A DNA stretch of 248,000 nt from Andalucia godoyi And28 (Eukaryota > Protista > Jakobida): assembly GCA_009859145.1 (NCBI GenBank), contig VRVR01000022.1:20001-268000 (forward strand), given 5' to 3'. Each line of letters opens with the position of its first letter. Position 1 is the first letter of the stretch. Shown piece after piece: positions 21,656 to 33,453 of the stretch. The notes beneath the pieces are model-generated. The model did not search any database. It was not told where the DNA came from and saw only the letters and a program-made list of their open reading frames with translations. Position numbers and translations under genes: made by a program.

Positions 21656-23935
21656 ATGGGGAAGTCCGCGGTGAAGGTGTGCATTCGGACGCGTCCAACG
21701 ACGAATTTTGCGCAGGACCAGCTGCTGATTGATCCATCTGCAGACTCGATTACGGTGGATTTCCGTCGACGGCAAGCTGGAGGGATTCTTCAGAACCAGC
21801 AGGATGTGTTTCCGTTCCGATTCGACTCTGTGCTGCACAATTCTTCCCAGGAAGCTGTGTATGACTCTGTTGCGTCAGAGATTGTGCAGAGTGTTCTTGA
21901 TGGATACAATGGGACGATCATGTGCTACGGACAGACTGGTGCTGGAAAGACGTTTACGATGATTGGAGGGTCATCGAACTTCAAGTATCGTGGCTTGGTG
22001 CCAAGGTCGCTGGCGCATGTGTACCGGGAAATTGCAGCGCACCCGGAGCAGGCTGTGACAGTGCGGATTTCGTATTTGGAGATTTACAATGACCAGATGT
22101 TTGATCTGCTGAATCCGCAGAACGAAGGGAAGTTGGAGATCCAGGAAGATGGATTGAACACGAGCGTGAAGGGCCTTATGCTGCCAGCTGCGCCGAGCGA
22201 AGAAGACGCATTGGCGCTGCTGTTTGAAGGAGAAACAAATCGAACGATTGCCGAGCATTCCCTCAACGCGCGGTCGACTCGCTCGCATTGCATCTTTACT
22301 GTGCACATAGAATCGAGATCGAGGGTTGAGAGCAATGGAAAGGTGACGTACTCAAAGCTCAACTTGGTGGACCTGGCTGGATCGGAACGCGTAGGAAAGA
22401 CGCACTCCACCGGGACGACTCTGAAGGAAGCCAATTTCATCAACCGATCACTCTCGTTCTTGGAGCAGGTGGTCATTGCACTGGGAACACCGTCTAGGGA
22501 ACACATTCCGTATCGACAGACGAGACTGACCAATGTGCTGAAGGACTCGCTGGGCGGAAACTGCAAGACGCTGCTCATTGCCAACATCTGGGCGGAACCT
22601 CAGTGTTTGGACGAGACGATTTCAACACTCAAGTTTGCAACAAGAATGATGCGCGTCCAAAACGAACCGGTGCAGAACGTGAGCATGGATGCGCAGGCAC
22701 AGGTGAAGGTTCTGGAAAGGCAGGTGCGTGATCTGAGGCAAGAACTGGCGATGATCAAGCAACTCTCTGGACAGTCGTCGAACACCGCGAGCTATGAGCC
22801 ACTTGGAGACTCGGACAAGCACGAATTGCAAAGTCGAGTCTTGTCGTTTGTCAAAGGAGAAGGCGCAGAGGATGCAATCATGGACAAGGTAGAGTCGTTC
22901 TACAGATTCCGTGAAGTTCTTGGGATGTTCCGCGAGGCGTTCCGTGCCATTCAGGCGCAGAATCGCTCGCTTTCATCCAGCATGGGCGGTGGCATGGTTG
23001 GCCCCGGCGTCGGGGCTCTGGGACGAGAGAATTCTGCCGGCAGTGCAAAAGGCGGCCGCAATCAAGGTCCGGGAGTTGGAGAAGTCGATGCACAAGGATC
23101 GCTGGCTGCCACAGGCGTCGGTGCGCCCGCCGCGGAGTTTCTCACACGTCGCAAGACAGACCTGTCCGCTTCGCAGAATCTTGGGTCGCAATCTCCCACC
23201 AGCCAACCACAGCATCAACAAAGGGATGCGTCTGCCGAACAAACTGAAGCATCTTCGAGGCCCGAAAAGAAGGTTGCTTTCGAGGACTACAAGAACAAGG
23301 AAGGGGCCGAGATTGCGCTGCAGCTCCGAGAAGGCCTGGCTCAGCTCAAGGACAAGAAGCGTGCAAGCAAAGACATTGCGCTTCGGGTCAACGAATGTGT
23401 CAAGGAGATCGATAGGCTGAAGAAACAGTTGGGTGCACGTCAGGTTGCAAAGGGCGGCTCGTTCAACGACCAGGATGACAATGGGACGTCCAAGGATATT
23501 ATTTTGGATGAAGAAGAGTTTGCATTGTTCCGTGATCTGAAGAATCAAAAGAGGCAGTACAAGGAGGCATTCGGATCTCTGCGGGAGACCAAGTCCGAAG
23601 TCGAGTATCTCGAGCGCATGACGGATCAGGCCCGCCAGCAACTCATAGTGAACTTTGAAGAATGGTATCTCAAGACGTTTGGTGGAGACGGCGAGGCAGC
23701 AGAGCAGGAGCAGGATGATGACATGATGGTTGGAATGGTCACCTCCGGGAAGACACGACGAATGAACTCTACCGCTACCGAAGACGTCATGGATGAGGCG
23801 GAGAAGTTTGAGCAGCTGGAAATGGACCGCATCTTGTCGGAAGATCCAGAGTCCGCTGCGTTCTACGGCGCAAAGAAGAAGTTTGCACTACACTCCTCTA
23901 AATCCAGACCGAGTGTTCAGAAACGAAAAGTGTAA
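21656..23935 (+). CDS. KIF9: kinesin-9 family motor (KIF9/KIF6-like)
   Basis: YGQTGAGKT, NARSTRSH, LVDLAGSER, HIPYRQTRLT; IAEHSLN typical of kinesin-9. Confidence 0.85.
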   Translation: MGKSAVKVCIRTRPTTNFAQDQLLIDPSADSITVDFRRRQAGGILQNQQDVFPFRFDSVLHNSSQEAVYDSVASEIVQSVLDGYNGTIMCYGQTGAGKTFTMIGGSSNFKYRGLVPRSLAHVYREIAAHPEQAVTVRISYLEIYNDQMFDLLNPQNEGKLEIQEDGLNTSVKGLMLPAAPSEEDALALLFEGETNRTIAEHSLNARSTRSHCIFTVHIESRSRVESNGKVTYSKLNLVDLAGSERVGKTHSTGTTLKEANFINRSLSFLEQVVIALGTPSREHIPYRQTRLTNVLKDSLGGNCKTLLIANIWAEPQCLDETISTLKFATRMMRVQNEPVQNVSMDAQAQVKVLERQVRDLRQELAMIKQLSGQSSNTASYEPLGDSDKHELQSRVLSFVKGEGAEDAIMDKVESFYRFREVLGMFREAFRAIQAQNRSLSSSMGGGMVGPGVGALGRENSAGSAKGGRNQGPGVGEVDAQGSLAATGVGAPAAEFLTRRKTDLSASQNLGSQSPTSQPQHQQRDASAEQTEASSRPEKKVAFEDYKNKEGAEIALQLREGLAQLKDKKRASKDIALRVNECVKEIDRLKKQLGARQVAKGGSFNDQDDNGTSKDIILDEEEFALFRDLKNQKRQYKEAFGSLRETKSEVEYLERMTDQARQQLIVNFEEWYLKTFGGDGEAAEQEQDDDMMVGMVTSGKTRRMNSTATEDVMDEAEKFEQLEMDRILSEDPESAAFYGAKKKFALHSSKSRPSVQKRKV

Positions 23936-24085
23936 GTAGGAATGAAATGCTACCGTTAGGGAGAGGGAGAGAAAGAACCGCATATTCTGTTATTAATTTA
24001 CAAATGGTGTGTTCATTCGGATGTTCAGCAAAACAACACAAAAAAGTTAAACAAAGAAGACGAAGAGGAAAGAAGGAAAATTTGA

Positions 24086-26056
24086 TCACCACCGGTACTT
24101 GGGCTTTGGGGGAGAAACACTCACTGCGAGCATCTCTCGATCGTCGTCATCAACATTCTGCCCATTGCCGAAAACGTCTCCGTCGTCGTCATCTTCACCA
24201 TTGGGCTCGTCCGCATCATCGCCAATCGAATCATCCGATTCGCTCATGGACCCAGATCCAGACCCAGATCCACTCATGGTACGCTCAAGAGACTGCGACA
24301 GCATTTCCATAGAAAACGAGCCGGCTTGCATGTCGGATGATCCTCCAGAAGACGGAGAGGCGCCTGGAAACCGACTTGCCGACAGAGAATTGCTGGTGGA
24401 CGATATTCGGCCATTCCAGAACCGGAAAAACGGCTTGACAACCGCGGCCGAATTCGGGAGTGTCAAGGGATCAAAGGGAAAGAACTGATCCAAATGGGAG
24501 AACTCATATGCTTGGTTCATCGACGTGGACACCTTGGAAAACACAAACTGCGAGACGGGCGACTTTCCGAGTTCTCCAATGGATGCCGCCGACGCTACAT
24601 CCGCGTAGCTGATCACCGGCTTGTGTTGTGTTTGCAGCGCAAATATGCGATTCCTGGAAAGAATGTCGTCGCATTGAATGATGGATCTGCAAAACTCCGT
24701 ACGAACCGATGGCAGCAAGACAAGCAGTGGATTAAGGTTCGTTCGACACACAAAGTCCAAAATGTCGTTCAGCTGTCGATTCGAACGAACAATGTTTGGC
24801 ATGAATACCACTGCATAGAACAAGGCCTGCGTCACAGCATAAAAGACGCTGTGTTGCAAGACGTTGGGGCTGGATGGTCGGCACGAGTCATCCCATCTCC
24901 TGACATAGTTTGTCATCCAGTTCACCATTGCCTCGATGGCCTGATGAACTTTGTCCACTTGCAAAAAGCTGGCACGAGCCAGAAAAGAGCCGAGGTATGC
25001 AGCAATGAGAATTCGAACGCGTGGGACTTCCTGTTCATTAAAGAGTTTGTTAAGAAGAAAGGATAAGAATACACTACAGTTTTGCTCAAACATGCCGCAA
25101 AACGCAAAAAGGATAAACTGAACGCACTTTGTGTGTGTGGATTTCAGAACTAGCTCTTGAAACGCGCACAGAAAACACTCAAATACCGTCGACTTTGCTT
25201 CATCTTCGGGCAAGTTTGCATAGAAATCGGTGCACAGTTTCATGAGCATATCGAGTTTCTCCTCGGTGTGCTCCACCTCGGACGAACGTGTACCGTCATG
25301 TCCCTGCGCGGAGACATTCGACGACTCGATCGGCATATGTGACTCGTCCGCATCCATCTCGCCAGACTGCTCCGCCAGCTCCGACAATTCCGACCGATCC
25401 GAGTTCCCAAGCTCAGAGTCCAACCGCAACATGTAATCAAACACCAGAAACAACAAGCTTTTTCGAATCGACGATATCCTATACGACATTACAAACACCG
25501 CGTGCATGAACACGTGGATTCGGAACAGCGACGACGTGCTTCGATACGGAAGCAACGACTCCACAATCTTTGGAATCATCGAAACCGATGTCGGCACTGC
25601 CTCTATCACCGCAATCATTGTGTCCACAGACTGTTGTGCGACATGAAACGCCCACTGCTCTCTTTCCGCTCTCTCTGCGCCTGCTGTCTCGTCCGGAATC
25701 TCATTCGGGATCATGGACTTCACGAGGTTCGCCATCACCTTCTGCACCAGCTTCGGATACACCCCAAGCAGCGCAAGCAACAATGCGTGAAAATGCGGCC
25801 ACGAAGCCGGGTTCAAAGACTGGAATTCAAGCTTCAAAATCACATCCAAAAAATCTGCATGGCTCTTTTCGTCCAGATATGTGCAGCAGTGCGAGAGCGC
25901 CTGGAGCCACCGCTCATGATACGCCGTCTCTGGATTCCGCACTGTATCCAGCATCTCTTGATATTCGTGCTTTTTTCGGCTATGCAGCACTTGGATGATG
26001 TACTGCTTCACCTTCTCCAGCGGAGACGAAGAGTCCTTTCCAGAAGTACCGGCCAT
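24086..26056 (-). CDS. RRN3: RNA polymerase I initiation factor RRN3
   Basis: EKLDMLM, THTKCVQFILF, AAYLGSFLARA, FYAVTQALFY, FFPFDP. Confidence 0.85.
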   Translation of the reverse strand: MAGTSGKDSSSPLEKVKQYIIQVLHSRKKHEYQEMLDTVRNPETAYHERWLQALSHCCTYLDEKSHADFLDVILKLEFQSLNPASWPHFHALLLALLGVYPKLVQKVMANLVKSMIPNEIPDETAGAERAEREQWAFHVAQQSVDTMIAVIEAVPTSVSMIPKIVESLLPYRSTSSLFRIHVFMHAVFVMSYRISSIRKSLLFLVFDYMLRLDSELGNSDRSELSELAEQSGEMDADESHMPIESSNVSAQGHDGTRSSEVEHTEEKLDMLMKLCTDFYANLPEDEAKSTVFECFLCAFQELVLKSTHTKCVQFILFAFCGMFEQNCSVFLSFLLNKLFNEQEVPRVRILIAAYLGSFLARASFLQVDKVHQAIEAMVNWMTNYVRRWDDSCRPSSPNVLQHSVFYAVTQALFYAVVFMPNIVRSNRQLNDILDFVCRTNLNPLLVLLPSVRTEFCRSIIQCDDILSRNRIFALQTQHKPVISYADVASAASIGELGKSPVSQFVFSKVSTSMNQAYEFSHLDQFFPFDPLTLPNSAAVVKPFFRFWNGRISSTSNSLSASRFPGASPSSGGSSDMQAGSFSMEMLSQSLERTMSGSGSGSGSMSESDDSIGDDADEPNGEDDDDGDVFGNGQNVDDDDREMLAVSVSPPKPKYRW

Positions 26057-26435
26057 CGCGCTTGAATATATAAAGTATGTATATGTATGTATATACACAA
26101 AACCCAGGAACAAAGGAACACGGCTCGTGGAGAGAGCAGGAGGGAAAAAGAAATTATAATATACAGTTATATACTTACCTTTCTTTTCTTTTTCTTCTTC
26201 TTTTTCTTCTTCTTCTTCCTCTTCCTCTTCCTCTTCCTCTTCCTCTTCCTCTTCCTCTTCCTCTTCTTCTTTCCTGACTGATTATTACTTATCAATGAAA
26301 TACAGAATTCGAACAAATAGATGTACAAAACAGAAAAGGAGCGTATTTGATGCAGTTTATATATGGCATTCATGTTTTGATGTTTTGCTTCGATTGGCGA
26401 AAAGAGCGAACTCAACCCGATGTACAGCCGCTATT

Positions 26436-28610
26436 TTACAGAACAAGTCGATCGACGCCGAGAACAAGCTGGGAGCCTTGGGCCTGGGGGGCGACATGGC
26501 CGACAGCTTGCTCGTCATAGTACCGTCGTTTTGCCTCCAGCAGGGACTCGAGTCTCCCGAGCCACTGCATCTGCATTCTGTTCGGCTCCAGATTCTCCTT
26601 GATGTATCGCTGGCGCTCCTGCAGCTCCCTGGACTGCTGCTGAAGCTGCTGCGCTTGGGCCATGAGCATCTCTTCGTACGTGCTGTGCTCGGAATTGAGG
26701 TTGGACGACCCGTGCGACGACTTGTACTCAAGCTCCTTCCGCGCACGATCTTCCCACGCCTTCACCATCGCCGTCTGGCTCTGCAACAGATGGAAGAGGG
26801 ACTCCTGCTGGCGATAGTCCTCGGTCAGCGCAAGCACATCCTGCTCCGCCATAAGCTTCTCCGTTTCGGCTCCAGCGATCGCGGCTTCAAAGTCCCGCTT
26901 CTTGTCCGAATGCTTGGTTTGCAGCTCGCGATGCTCATCGCGCAACGCTTGCAATTCCTTGATTTGCGGTTGAAGCTGCTGCTTCTTGTTTCGAATCTGT
27001 GCATTGATTTCCTCTACGACGCGAGAGATCTCCTCCAGCGTCTGGCCTTTGCTTTCGTCCAGCGTAGCCTTTTGCGCAGAAACACGATCCAAATCCTCGC
27101 GGACATGCTGGAACCCCTGCACTCCTTTCTTGGACGCCACTTCGTCGAGATACTCGTTCAGCTTGGTGTCACGCGACTTCAAAATATCGACGGTTCGAGA
27201 CAAGACTCCATTTTCCGTTTGGAAAACACCCAACTCGGCCTTCTTCTTCTTGTAGATTGCAGATTTGTTGCGCATCTGAGCAACATACGCATGGATGTCT
27301 TCTTCCTTGGGCGCAGACGACTGTTTGGGCGAAGCGACGGCCTTGGGTGACGCAGCAGCGTGACTTCCAGAGGAGCGCTTCGACGGCGTTCCTCGGCTCT
27401 GGTTCTCCGCCTGCTGAACCTGCTCTCTCATTCTCGCCGCCTCGCTTTCGAGTTCTGTTCGCTTCTTTTGCACCAACGTCAGCTGCTGTCGGAACATCTC
27501 CACTCGCTTGATCTCCTCCTCCGACATGTCTTTCCGCTCATTCTGCTTCGCAGCATTCGACGCCACAATAGACACCGACCCCGAACTTCTTTGCTCAAGC
27601 ACGTTCACACGGTCTTTCAATCTCCTGACATCCGACTCCAGCTTTCGCGGGTCCGTCTGGTCACGCTCAATTCGAGAGAGTGATTCAAAGCGTTCTTGCA
27701 TCTGCTGCAGTTGAAGTGGCAGTCTTTCCATCAGCAGCGAAGATCGCTGGTGGTTCTCTGCCTGCATCTTCGCCAGCACGGCATCGATATCCTCCTCCTC
27801 CGACGATCCGTGAGAGCTCGCTCTTGATTTCAGCTGTGCGGTTGCATCCTCCAAATCTGCTTCTGCCTGCAGCAGCAATCGCTGCTGCTCGCGATACGAA
27901 ATTCCCAATCGTGCGTATTCGTCATACGCTTTTCGCAGAGACTGTGCTCTGTCCACAAGCGACGAGGCACCTTCCAAATCCTCAATCTTTGACTTTAATC
28001 GCGCAACCTTGTTTTCAAGCTGCTCCTTCTCCTGCTCGAGCCCACTGATCTTCGCCCGGAGTTCCGCCGGCGAAACCTTTGTCGACCTATTTTTATCGAC
28101 GACCTTGTGCACAGCCTTGAACTCCTCCTGCAGCGCATGCAGCTTGTTGTTCTCGTCGTCGATTGCGGGGTCCATTAAAAACTCCTCGGGCATGTCCACA
28201 GGCATCAAAAACCTCGCAAGATACACTCGTTTTCTCAAATCCGGCAGCTTCTGCAGAAGCCACAGCATCAAAGGGTACAACACGTTGCGGTCTGCCTTGG
28301 AAAGCGCCTGTGAGAGAACACCCGGGTCCTGAAACTCCTTGTAATTCATAAACCGAATGAGATAATCTGTTGTTCTTCCAGCATATTCCTCGAGCGTGAT
28401 CGAAGCGGACGCCCCGGGACTGAATGGAAATGCAGGAAGCGCCGAGTCAATCACTTGCAAAATAGAATGGAAAAGCCCAAGCAGCTCAATCGGGCTCTTT
28501 TCGTCGAGCTGGAACAATGACAGATCAAGCGACAAGTGGTCCTTCAGCAGCGAAATCACTCCCTGCACAGTCGACGCCGTATACGCCGATGTATATGCTG
28601 ATCCATACAT
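26436..28610 (-). CDS. IFT81: intraflagellar transport protein 81
   Basis: LYPLMLWLLQKLPDLRKRVYLARFL, EEFKAVHK, GVLSRTVDILK. Confidence 0.9.
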   Translation of the reverse strand: MYGSAYTSAYTASTVQGVISLLKDHLSLDLSLFQLDEKSPIELLGLFHSILQVIDSALPAFPFSPGASASITLEEYAGRTTDYLIRFMNYKEFQDPGVLSQALSKADRNVLYPLMLWLLQKLPDLRKRVYLARFLMPVDMPEEFLMDPAIDDENNKLHALQEEFKAVHKVVDKNRSTKVSPAELRAKISGLEQEKEQLENKVARLKSKIEDLEGASSLVDRAQSLRKAYDEYARLGISYREQQRLLLQAEADLEDATAQLKSRASSHGSSEEEDIDAVLAKMQAENHQRSSLLMERLPLQLQQMQERFESLSRIERDQTDPRKLESDVRRLKDRVNVLEQRSSGSVSIVASNAAKQNERKDMSEEEIKRVEMFRQQLTLVQKKRTELESEAARMREQVQQAENQSRGTPSKRSSGSHAAASPKAVASPKQSSAPKEEDIHAYVAQMRNKSAIYKKKKAELGVFQTENGVLSRTVDILKSRDTKLNEYLDEVASKKGVQGFQHVREDLDRVSAQKATLDESKGQTLEEISRVVEEINAQIRNKKQQLQPQIKELQALRDEHRELQTKHSDKKRDFEAAIAGAETEKLMAEQDVLALTEDYRQQESLFHLLQSQTAMVKAWEDRARKELEYKSSHGSSNLNSEHSTYEEMLMAQAQQLQQQSRELQERQRYIKENLEPNRMQMQWLGRLESLLEAKRRYYDEQAVGHVAPQAQGSQLVLGVDRLVL

Positions 28611-28942
28611 GGCGCCTCCTTTTCAAAAACTCTCCTCTCCCAACTAATAATTACGCAATTACTTTTTATCAACTACAAAATTATAATTACAATTATAATT
28701 AATAATTAATAATTGAAACAAATGAAACACATGTGCACTAAACGAATAGAGCATTCGGCTTCCAAGAATGGCTCATTCGGGAGAACAATAACAGTCAAAC
28801 CTGAAGACAGCCCTAGGCAGAAAACAGACCTTAGGGTTTCAGCTGTACACTCTCCCACCACCAATGAAAAAACGTGCACTACAGATTCTGTGCTCCAGTT
28901 TCTGGTGTCTTTGTTGTTGTTGTTGCTGTCTTTTGGATGCTA

Positions 28943-28983
<41 letters not shown>

Positions 28984-29060
28984 GGAAATTCGATTTGGGT
29001 GACGACTGCACATTTGATATAGAGACAGGACAGAAGAGTTGAAATCATATAGGGAAAAGA

Positions 29061-29336
29061 ATGGTGAGTAAGTGCGCGATTTGCTATACGTTAATGTCCG
29101 TTTGGGCGATCATAATGCTGGTGATTCTTGCGTCCTTGATGCTGAACCACTCCGTTATCTTCCATGACGTAGACGACCTTGAGAAGAAGGCGGAAGGATG
29201 CTTCCTTGCTGCCCTGTATTATGCCATCACGCTTGTTGTCTCTGGAACCTGCTGGATGGTGTCTGCGCGTCGCGAGAAGCAGAGAGAGGCGTTGGAAGCG
29301 CGAAAAATGCAGTATTCGCAAGGGAGGCAATCGTAA
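29061..29336 (+). CDS. RNASEK / V-ATPase subunit f-like small membrane protein
   Basis: two TM helices; C..C..MSVWAIIML...CFLAALYY. Confidence 0.55.
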   Translation: MVSKCAICYTLMSVWAIIMLVILASLMLNHSVIFHDVDDLEKKAEGCFLAALYYAITLVVSGTCWMVSARREKQREALEARKMQYSQGRQS

Positions 29337-29418
29337 ATTGTCTATTCTTTCCTCTTCCGTCACCTCCCGCGGCTTCAGCTCTTCTTTTGCATCGACTCAT
29401 ACCCCACTTGCTCAAAGT

Positions 29419-29763
29419 ATGCGTCGTAATCCTCGTAGTACCGGTAGTGGGTACTCTCGCGTTCGGACTGAGGAGCCCCATGACGATCTCGACGGCGCGA
29501 GCGAAGATGGAGATGATGTGGCGCTGCCCTATCCTAGCGATCGAGTTGTCGGAGCGGTTCGGACAGGCCGCCGTCGCATCCGAGTCCAGAGCAGCGAGGA
29601 TGGCGAAGGAGGAAGTGCGGATAGGTGGGCAGGAGATCAGGCGGAGCAACGGGAGCAAGAGAAGGAAGAGGAAGAGGAAGAGGAAGTACTGACGAGTGGT
29701 TCTGCGTGGCTTGTAACGGCGGTAATTGGAACTCTTGCGTGTGTCTTGTTATTATTCTTGTAG
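29419..29763 (+). CDS. small acidic tail-anchored membrane protein (hypothetical)
   Basis: acidic body plus C-terminal hydrophobic helix. Confidence 0.35.
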   Translation: MRRNPRSTGSGYSRVRTEEPHDDLDGASEDGDDVALPYPSDRVVGAVRTGRRRIRVQSSEDGEGGSADRWAGDQAEQREQEKEEEEEEEVLTSGSAWLVTAVIGTLACVLLLFL

Positions 29764-30201
29764 ATTTGTAATTCTCTGTTTGGTGGGGTTTATTAAAGGC
29801 AAATAAAAGCTCCTGAAGTTCCGTGGATGCCGCTCGCCAAAACATAAATCATTATTGATCATCGGGGCTAAGCTGTCACCGAAGACAGATCCAAGCCAAA
29901 CCAGCACATTCCCCAAGCGATTCAAACATTCAAAAATGAACGCTGAAGGAAACAGAATGTGGTCTCGTGGTTTGATGATCATCAGCCAGCTTGCTCACCA
30001 AGAAACAAAATAGAAATCGTAACTTTCGTACGTCTTCCGAGTTTTTCCGCGGTAGATGATAATGCTGCAGAATATCGTGCGCTATCACGTGATCACTGAC
30101 CATTTTTTGTTTTGTTTTTCGATCCATGTTGTAGTATTGTGAGGGAGGTGCATTGTAGTGACTGGTTTACTTCTGAGTGGGCGAGTGAGTGGGTGGAGGC
30201 A

Positions 30202-31392
30202 ATGAGTGATCGAAGTGGGAGTGCGGTGACGTTTGAACAGCTTGGACTGAGTGATAATCTTCTTCGTGGAATTTACGCAAGTGGATTTACAGCACCGTCC
30301 GCGATTCAGATCAAGTCTCTTCCTCCGCTGCTGATTCAAAAGCGCCACGTCGTAGCGCAGGCTCCTTCAGGAACGGGAAAATCGACCATGATCGCAATGG
30401 CTGCGCTGCAGTGCACAACGCTTTCAGAGCTTCTTCCGCAGGTCGTGGTTCTTTCGCCGACCCGTGAACTGGCATCGCAGACAGTGAACGTCGCGAACGA
30501 TATGGGCGTTCACATGACTGGGCTCAAAACGATGACGTGTGTTGGGGGAACATTGCTGGGAAACGATCTTAAACAGCTTGACTCGGGCGTGCATATCGTG
30601 TCTGGGACGCCGGGACGTGTGCTGGACGTGCTGAAGCGAGGTGCTTTGAATCCGCGAAAGGTGAAGATGTGGGTCCTCGACGAGGCCGATGAGCTGCTCA
30701 AACTTGGCTTCCGAGAAGCAATCTCGGATATCTTTCGATACCTGTCCTCGGCAACTGCGAAATCGACGAAATCGGGCGCTGGACTGCAGTGTTTTGTGAT
30801 CAGCGCAACGATTTCAAAAGAGGTCCTCGAGCTTGTGCAGCCGTTCTTCTATGAACAAGAACCTGTGAAGATCCTGGTTCGGAAAGACCAGATTAGTCTG
30901 GAAGGAATTCGGCAGTTCTATGTGGATGTCGAAAAGGAAGAATGGAAGTTTGAAACGCTCTGTGATCTGTATGATTCACTCGTGATTACGCAAGCCGTCA
31001 TCTTCTGCAACAACAAGTCTACCGTCGACTCGCTCTCAAAGAAGATGACGCAGTCCGGCTTCACAGTGGCGGCAATTCACGGAGATCTGGATCAAACGCA
31101 GCGAAACAAGGTCATGGACGACTTTCGAAAGGGGGAAGCACGAGTCCTCATAGCCACGGACCTGTGGTCAAGAGGTCTCGATGTCTCGCAGATCTCGCTT
31201 GTTATCAACTACGATGTTCCACGGAGCAGGGATGTGTACTTGCACAGAATTGGTCGTTCAGGTCGGTATGGCAGGCGCGGAGTGGCAATCAACCTTGTTA
31301 CTGCCGACGACCGATCCATCATCCGTGAACTGGAGGACTGGTACAAGGTCCGCATCACACAGATGCCTCGGGATCTCGACATTATGAATTAA
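30202..31392 (+). CDS. DEAD-box helicase, eIF4A-III/FAL1-like
   Basis: Q motif GFTAPSAIQ, DEAD, HRIGRSGRYGRRG, QISLEGIRQFYV. Confidence 0.85.
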   Translation: MSDRSGSAVTFEQLGLSDNLLRGIYASGFTAPSAIQIKSLPPLLIQKRHVVAQAPSGTGKSTMIAMAALQCTTLSELLPQVVVLSPTRELASQTVNVANDMGVHMTGLKTMTCVGGTLLGNDLKQLDSGVHIVSGTPGRVLDVLKRGALNPRKVKMWVLDEADELLKLGFREAISDIFRYLSSATAKSTKSGAGLQCFVISATISKEVLELVQPFFYEQEPVKILVRKDQISLEGIRQFYVDVEKEEWKFETLCDLYDSLVITQAVIFCNNKSTVDSLSKKMTQSGFTVAAIHGDLDQTQRNKVMDDFRKGEARVLIATDLWSRGLDVSQISLVINYDVPRSRDVYLHRIGRSGRYGRRGVAINLVTADDRSIIRELEDWYKVRITQMPRDLDIMN

Positions 31393-31567
31393 TGGATCCC
31401 AAGAGGCTTGTGTTTCTTTCTTTGTTTTTCCTTCCTTCTTCTTTTTCATTTTTATATAAGCTGTACATTCCTTCGATTTGCCGCGGAAATAAACACCCCA
31501 CGCCCCGCACTCATCTGAACCTTCTTCCGGTGGGATGCTTCATGACGTTCACACGTCATTGCACATT

Positions 31568-33331
31568 CTATCGCATTTGCATACGGACGGCCCACCGCAA
31601 ATCATCTCGGCGTTTCTCAGTCGGCACGTCGTACCCCTCCAACACTCGTTCTCGCTTGATCACTCCACGTTCGCGGTCCCGCTCTCGCTGCTGCGAAACT
31701 TTGCGCTCTTCGGCATCCTTGACCTGCTGCGCCATGCGAACTCGCACCGCCCAGCGAGTATCCTTCTGCCCGTTGTTCGCCAAAAATGAGTCTCGCTTCC
31801 AGATGGACTGCATCCTTTGATACCGGGAAACCGGGTCTGCCTTTCTCCGTAACGTCGTTGTCGCGTTCGCCACAGATGAAATGTTGGATCGGGCAGAAAG
31901 CGGTCGTCGAGCAGACAGCGGCGTGGCACCGGCACCAGCACCAGCACCAGCACCAAGACCTGTGCTCGCACTACCACACGGAGAAACAGCCGCCAATCGT
32001 CCGGCATTCCCATAGGAAGACGCTGGTCGCACTGGAATCTTGCTTCCAAGATGCGTGGCTGTTCTTCGAGGAGTGCTGGACGGCTCTGCATACTGCCGCA
32101 TTGTTGCAGAGAGAGGTCGGCTTTTTGCCATGGGTGTGCTTGCGGTGACAGTCTTTGCAGATGCTGGTCTCGTCTTCTGCGAGCCAGCCTTTTTCTGCGG
32201 ATGAACTGCAGAAGAGCGAGTTTGCTGGAATGTCGAACCTCCACCACCCCTCGCACGATCTTCCTTGTCCTCCTCAGCAACATCTTCCTCATCCGAATAC
32301 CCCCGGATGGTACGACGCATGCGATCAAACACGCTTTCCCTCTTCCAATAGGACGACTCATTATCATGCTCATTCTCGTTTCCCGCATCTTCGTACACCT
32401 TGTACCGTTCCAGATCTTCATCGTCCTCAGAAGCTCCTCGCTGGTGCTCGTGCTGGTGCTCGTGCTGGTGCTGGTGCTGGTGCTGAATTCGATCGCTCGC
32501 GCCATATGGCCTCATACGATTCTGCTGACTGGAAAATCTCTCATCCAGTCTTGGCGCATCCTCGTCGTCTCCGTTATCGTTGCTGTCGTTTTCAGAACCG
32601 GAAGACTCGGACAGTGACAACTGTGTCGTATCCTCGGCATCTCCATCATCCGCTCCAGAACGCCGAAACCCTTCCACAGTCTTTGATTGCGGCATTCGAT
32701 CCCCAGAGCCCTGATAGCCGCTTCTCTGCCGATGCACCTGCTCCTCAGCCTCTTCTTCATCATCGTCATCATCATCGTCAGATTCTCCCGATCGACGACT
32801 GCGTCGAGATTCATTCATGCCAAACTCGGCATACGCTGCAGAAAGTCTCTTCCGAATATACTCGTCATCGGACAGGTCATCCGATCCATACCCTTCTTCC
32901 TCTCCATCATGTTCACGCCGCGGCTGCACTCGGTGCTTCTTCGCTTCCTGCTCTTGATGAACAGCGTGTCGGCTACTTCTACCACCACTGACGACAGCAG
33001 GGCGATGCTTCTTGTCACTCGACAAAGGATGCTCAACATTCAAATCAAGTCGGCGAGGAAGATGCTTCTTTGGCGGACTGGACGCCGGTCTCGTGTCTAC
33101 TCTCTCCTCATCAATATCTTCTTCCTCTTCATCGTCTGCATCGTCAGTGCCGCCGCCGCTGCTGTCCATTTCTTCCAGAATTGATCGCTTTCCAAGATGC
33201 GCCATCGACGACTTTGACGAATTGGAAAGGATCATCGAATGCTCAGCGAGAAACTCGTTCCAAACGGACTCAGGAAGCTGGATCCCAAGCCGCTCAAGCT
33301 CTGCCTGGACTTCGGATACTGAAATCGACAT
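31568..33331 (-). CDS. HYLS1: HYLS1-like centriolar protein
   Basis: C-terminal KADPVSRYQ..W and VPTEKRRDDLRWAVR. Confidence 0.75.
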   Translation of the reverse strand: MSISVSEVQAELERLGIQLPESVWNEFLAEHSMILSNSSKSSMAHLGKRSILEEMDSSGGGTDDADDEEEEDIDEERVDTRPASSPPKKHLPRRLDLNVEHPLSSDKKHRPAVVSGGRSSRHAVHQEQEAKKHRVQPRREHDGEEEGYGSDDLSDDEYIRKRLSAAYAEFGMNESRRSRRSGESDDDDDDDEEEAEEQVHRQRSGYQGSGDRMPQSKTVEGFRRSGADDGDAEDTTQLSLSESSGSENDSNDNGDDEDAPRLDERFSSQQNRMRPYGASDRIQHQHQHQHEHQHEHQRGASEDDEDLERYKVYEDAGNENEHDNESSYWKRESVFDRMRRTIRGYSDEEDVAEEDKEDRARGGGGSTFQQTRSSAVHPQKKAGSQKTRPASAKTVTASTPMAKSRPLSATMRQYAEPSSTPRRTATHLGSKIPVRPASSYGNAGRLAAVSPCGSASTGLGAGAGAGAGATPLSARRPLSARSNISSVANATTTLRRKADPVSRYQRMQSIWKRDSFLANNGQKDTRWAVRVRMAQQVKDAEERKVSQQRERDRERGVIKRERVLEGYDVPTEKRRDDLRWAVRMQMR

Positions 33332-33416
33332 GTTCCGTCTTGTATATTCGTAAGTGTGGCGGGGAGGGTTAGTAACAACAGCCAGTCTTTAGACAATCTA
33401 AGTTATTGTTGTTGTT

Positions 33417-33453
<37 letters not shown>
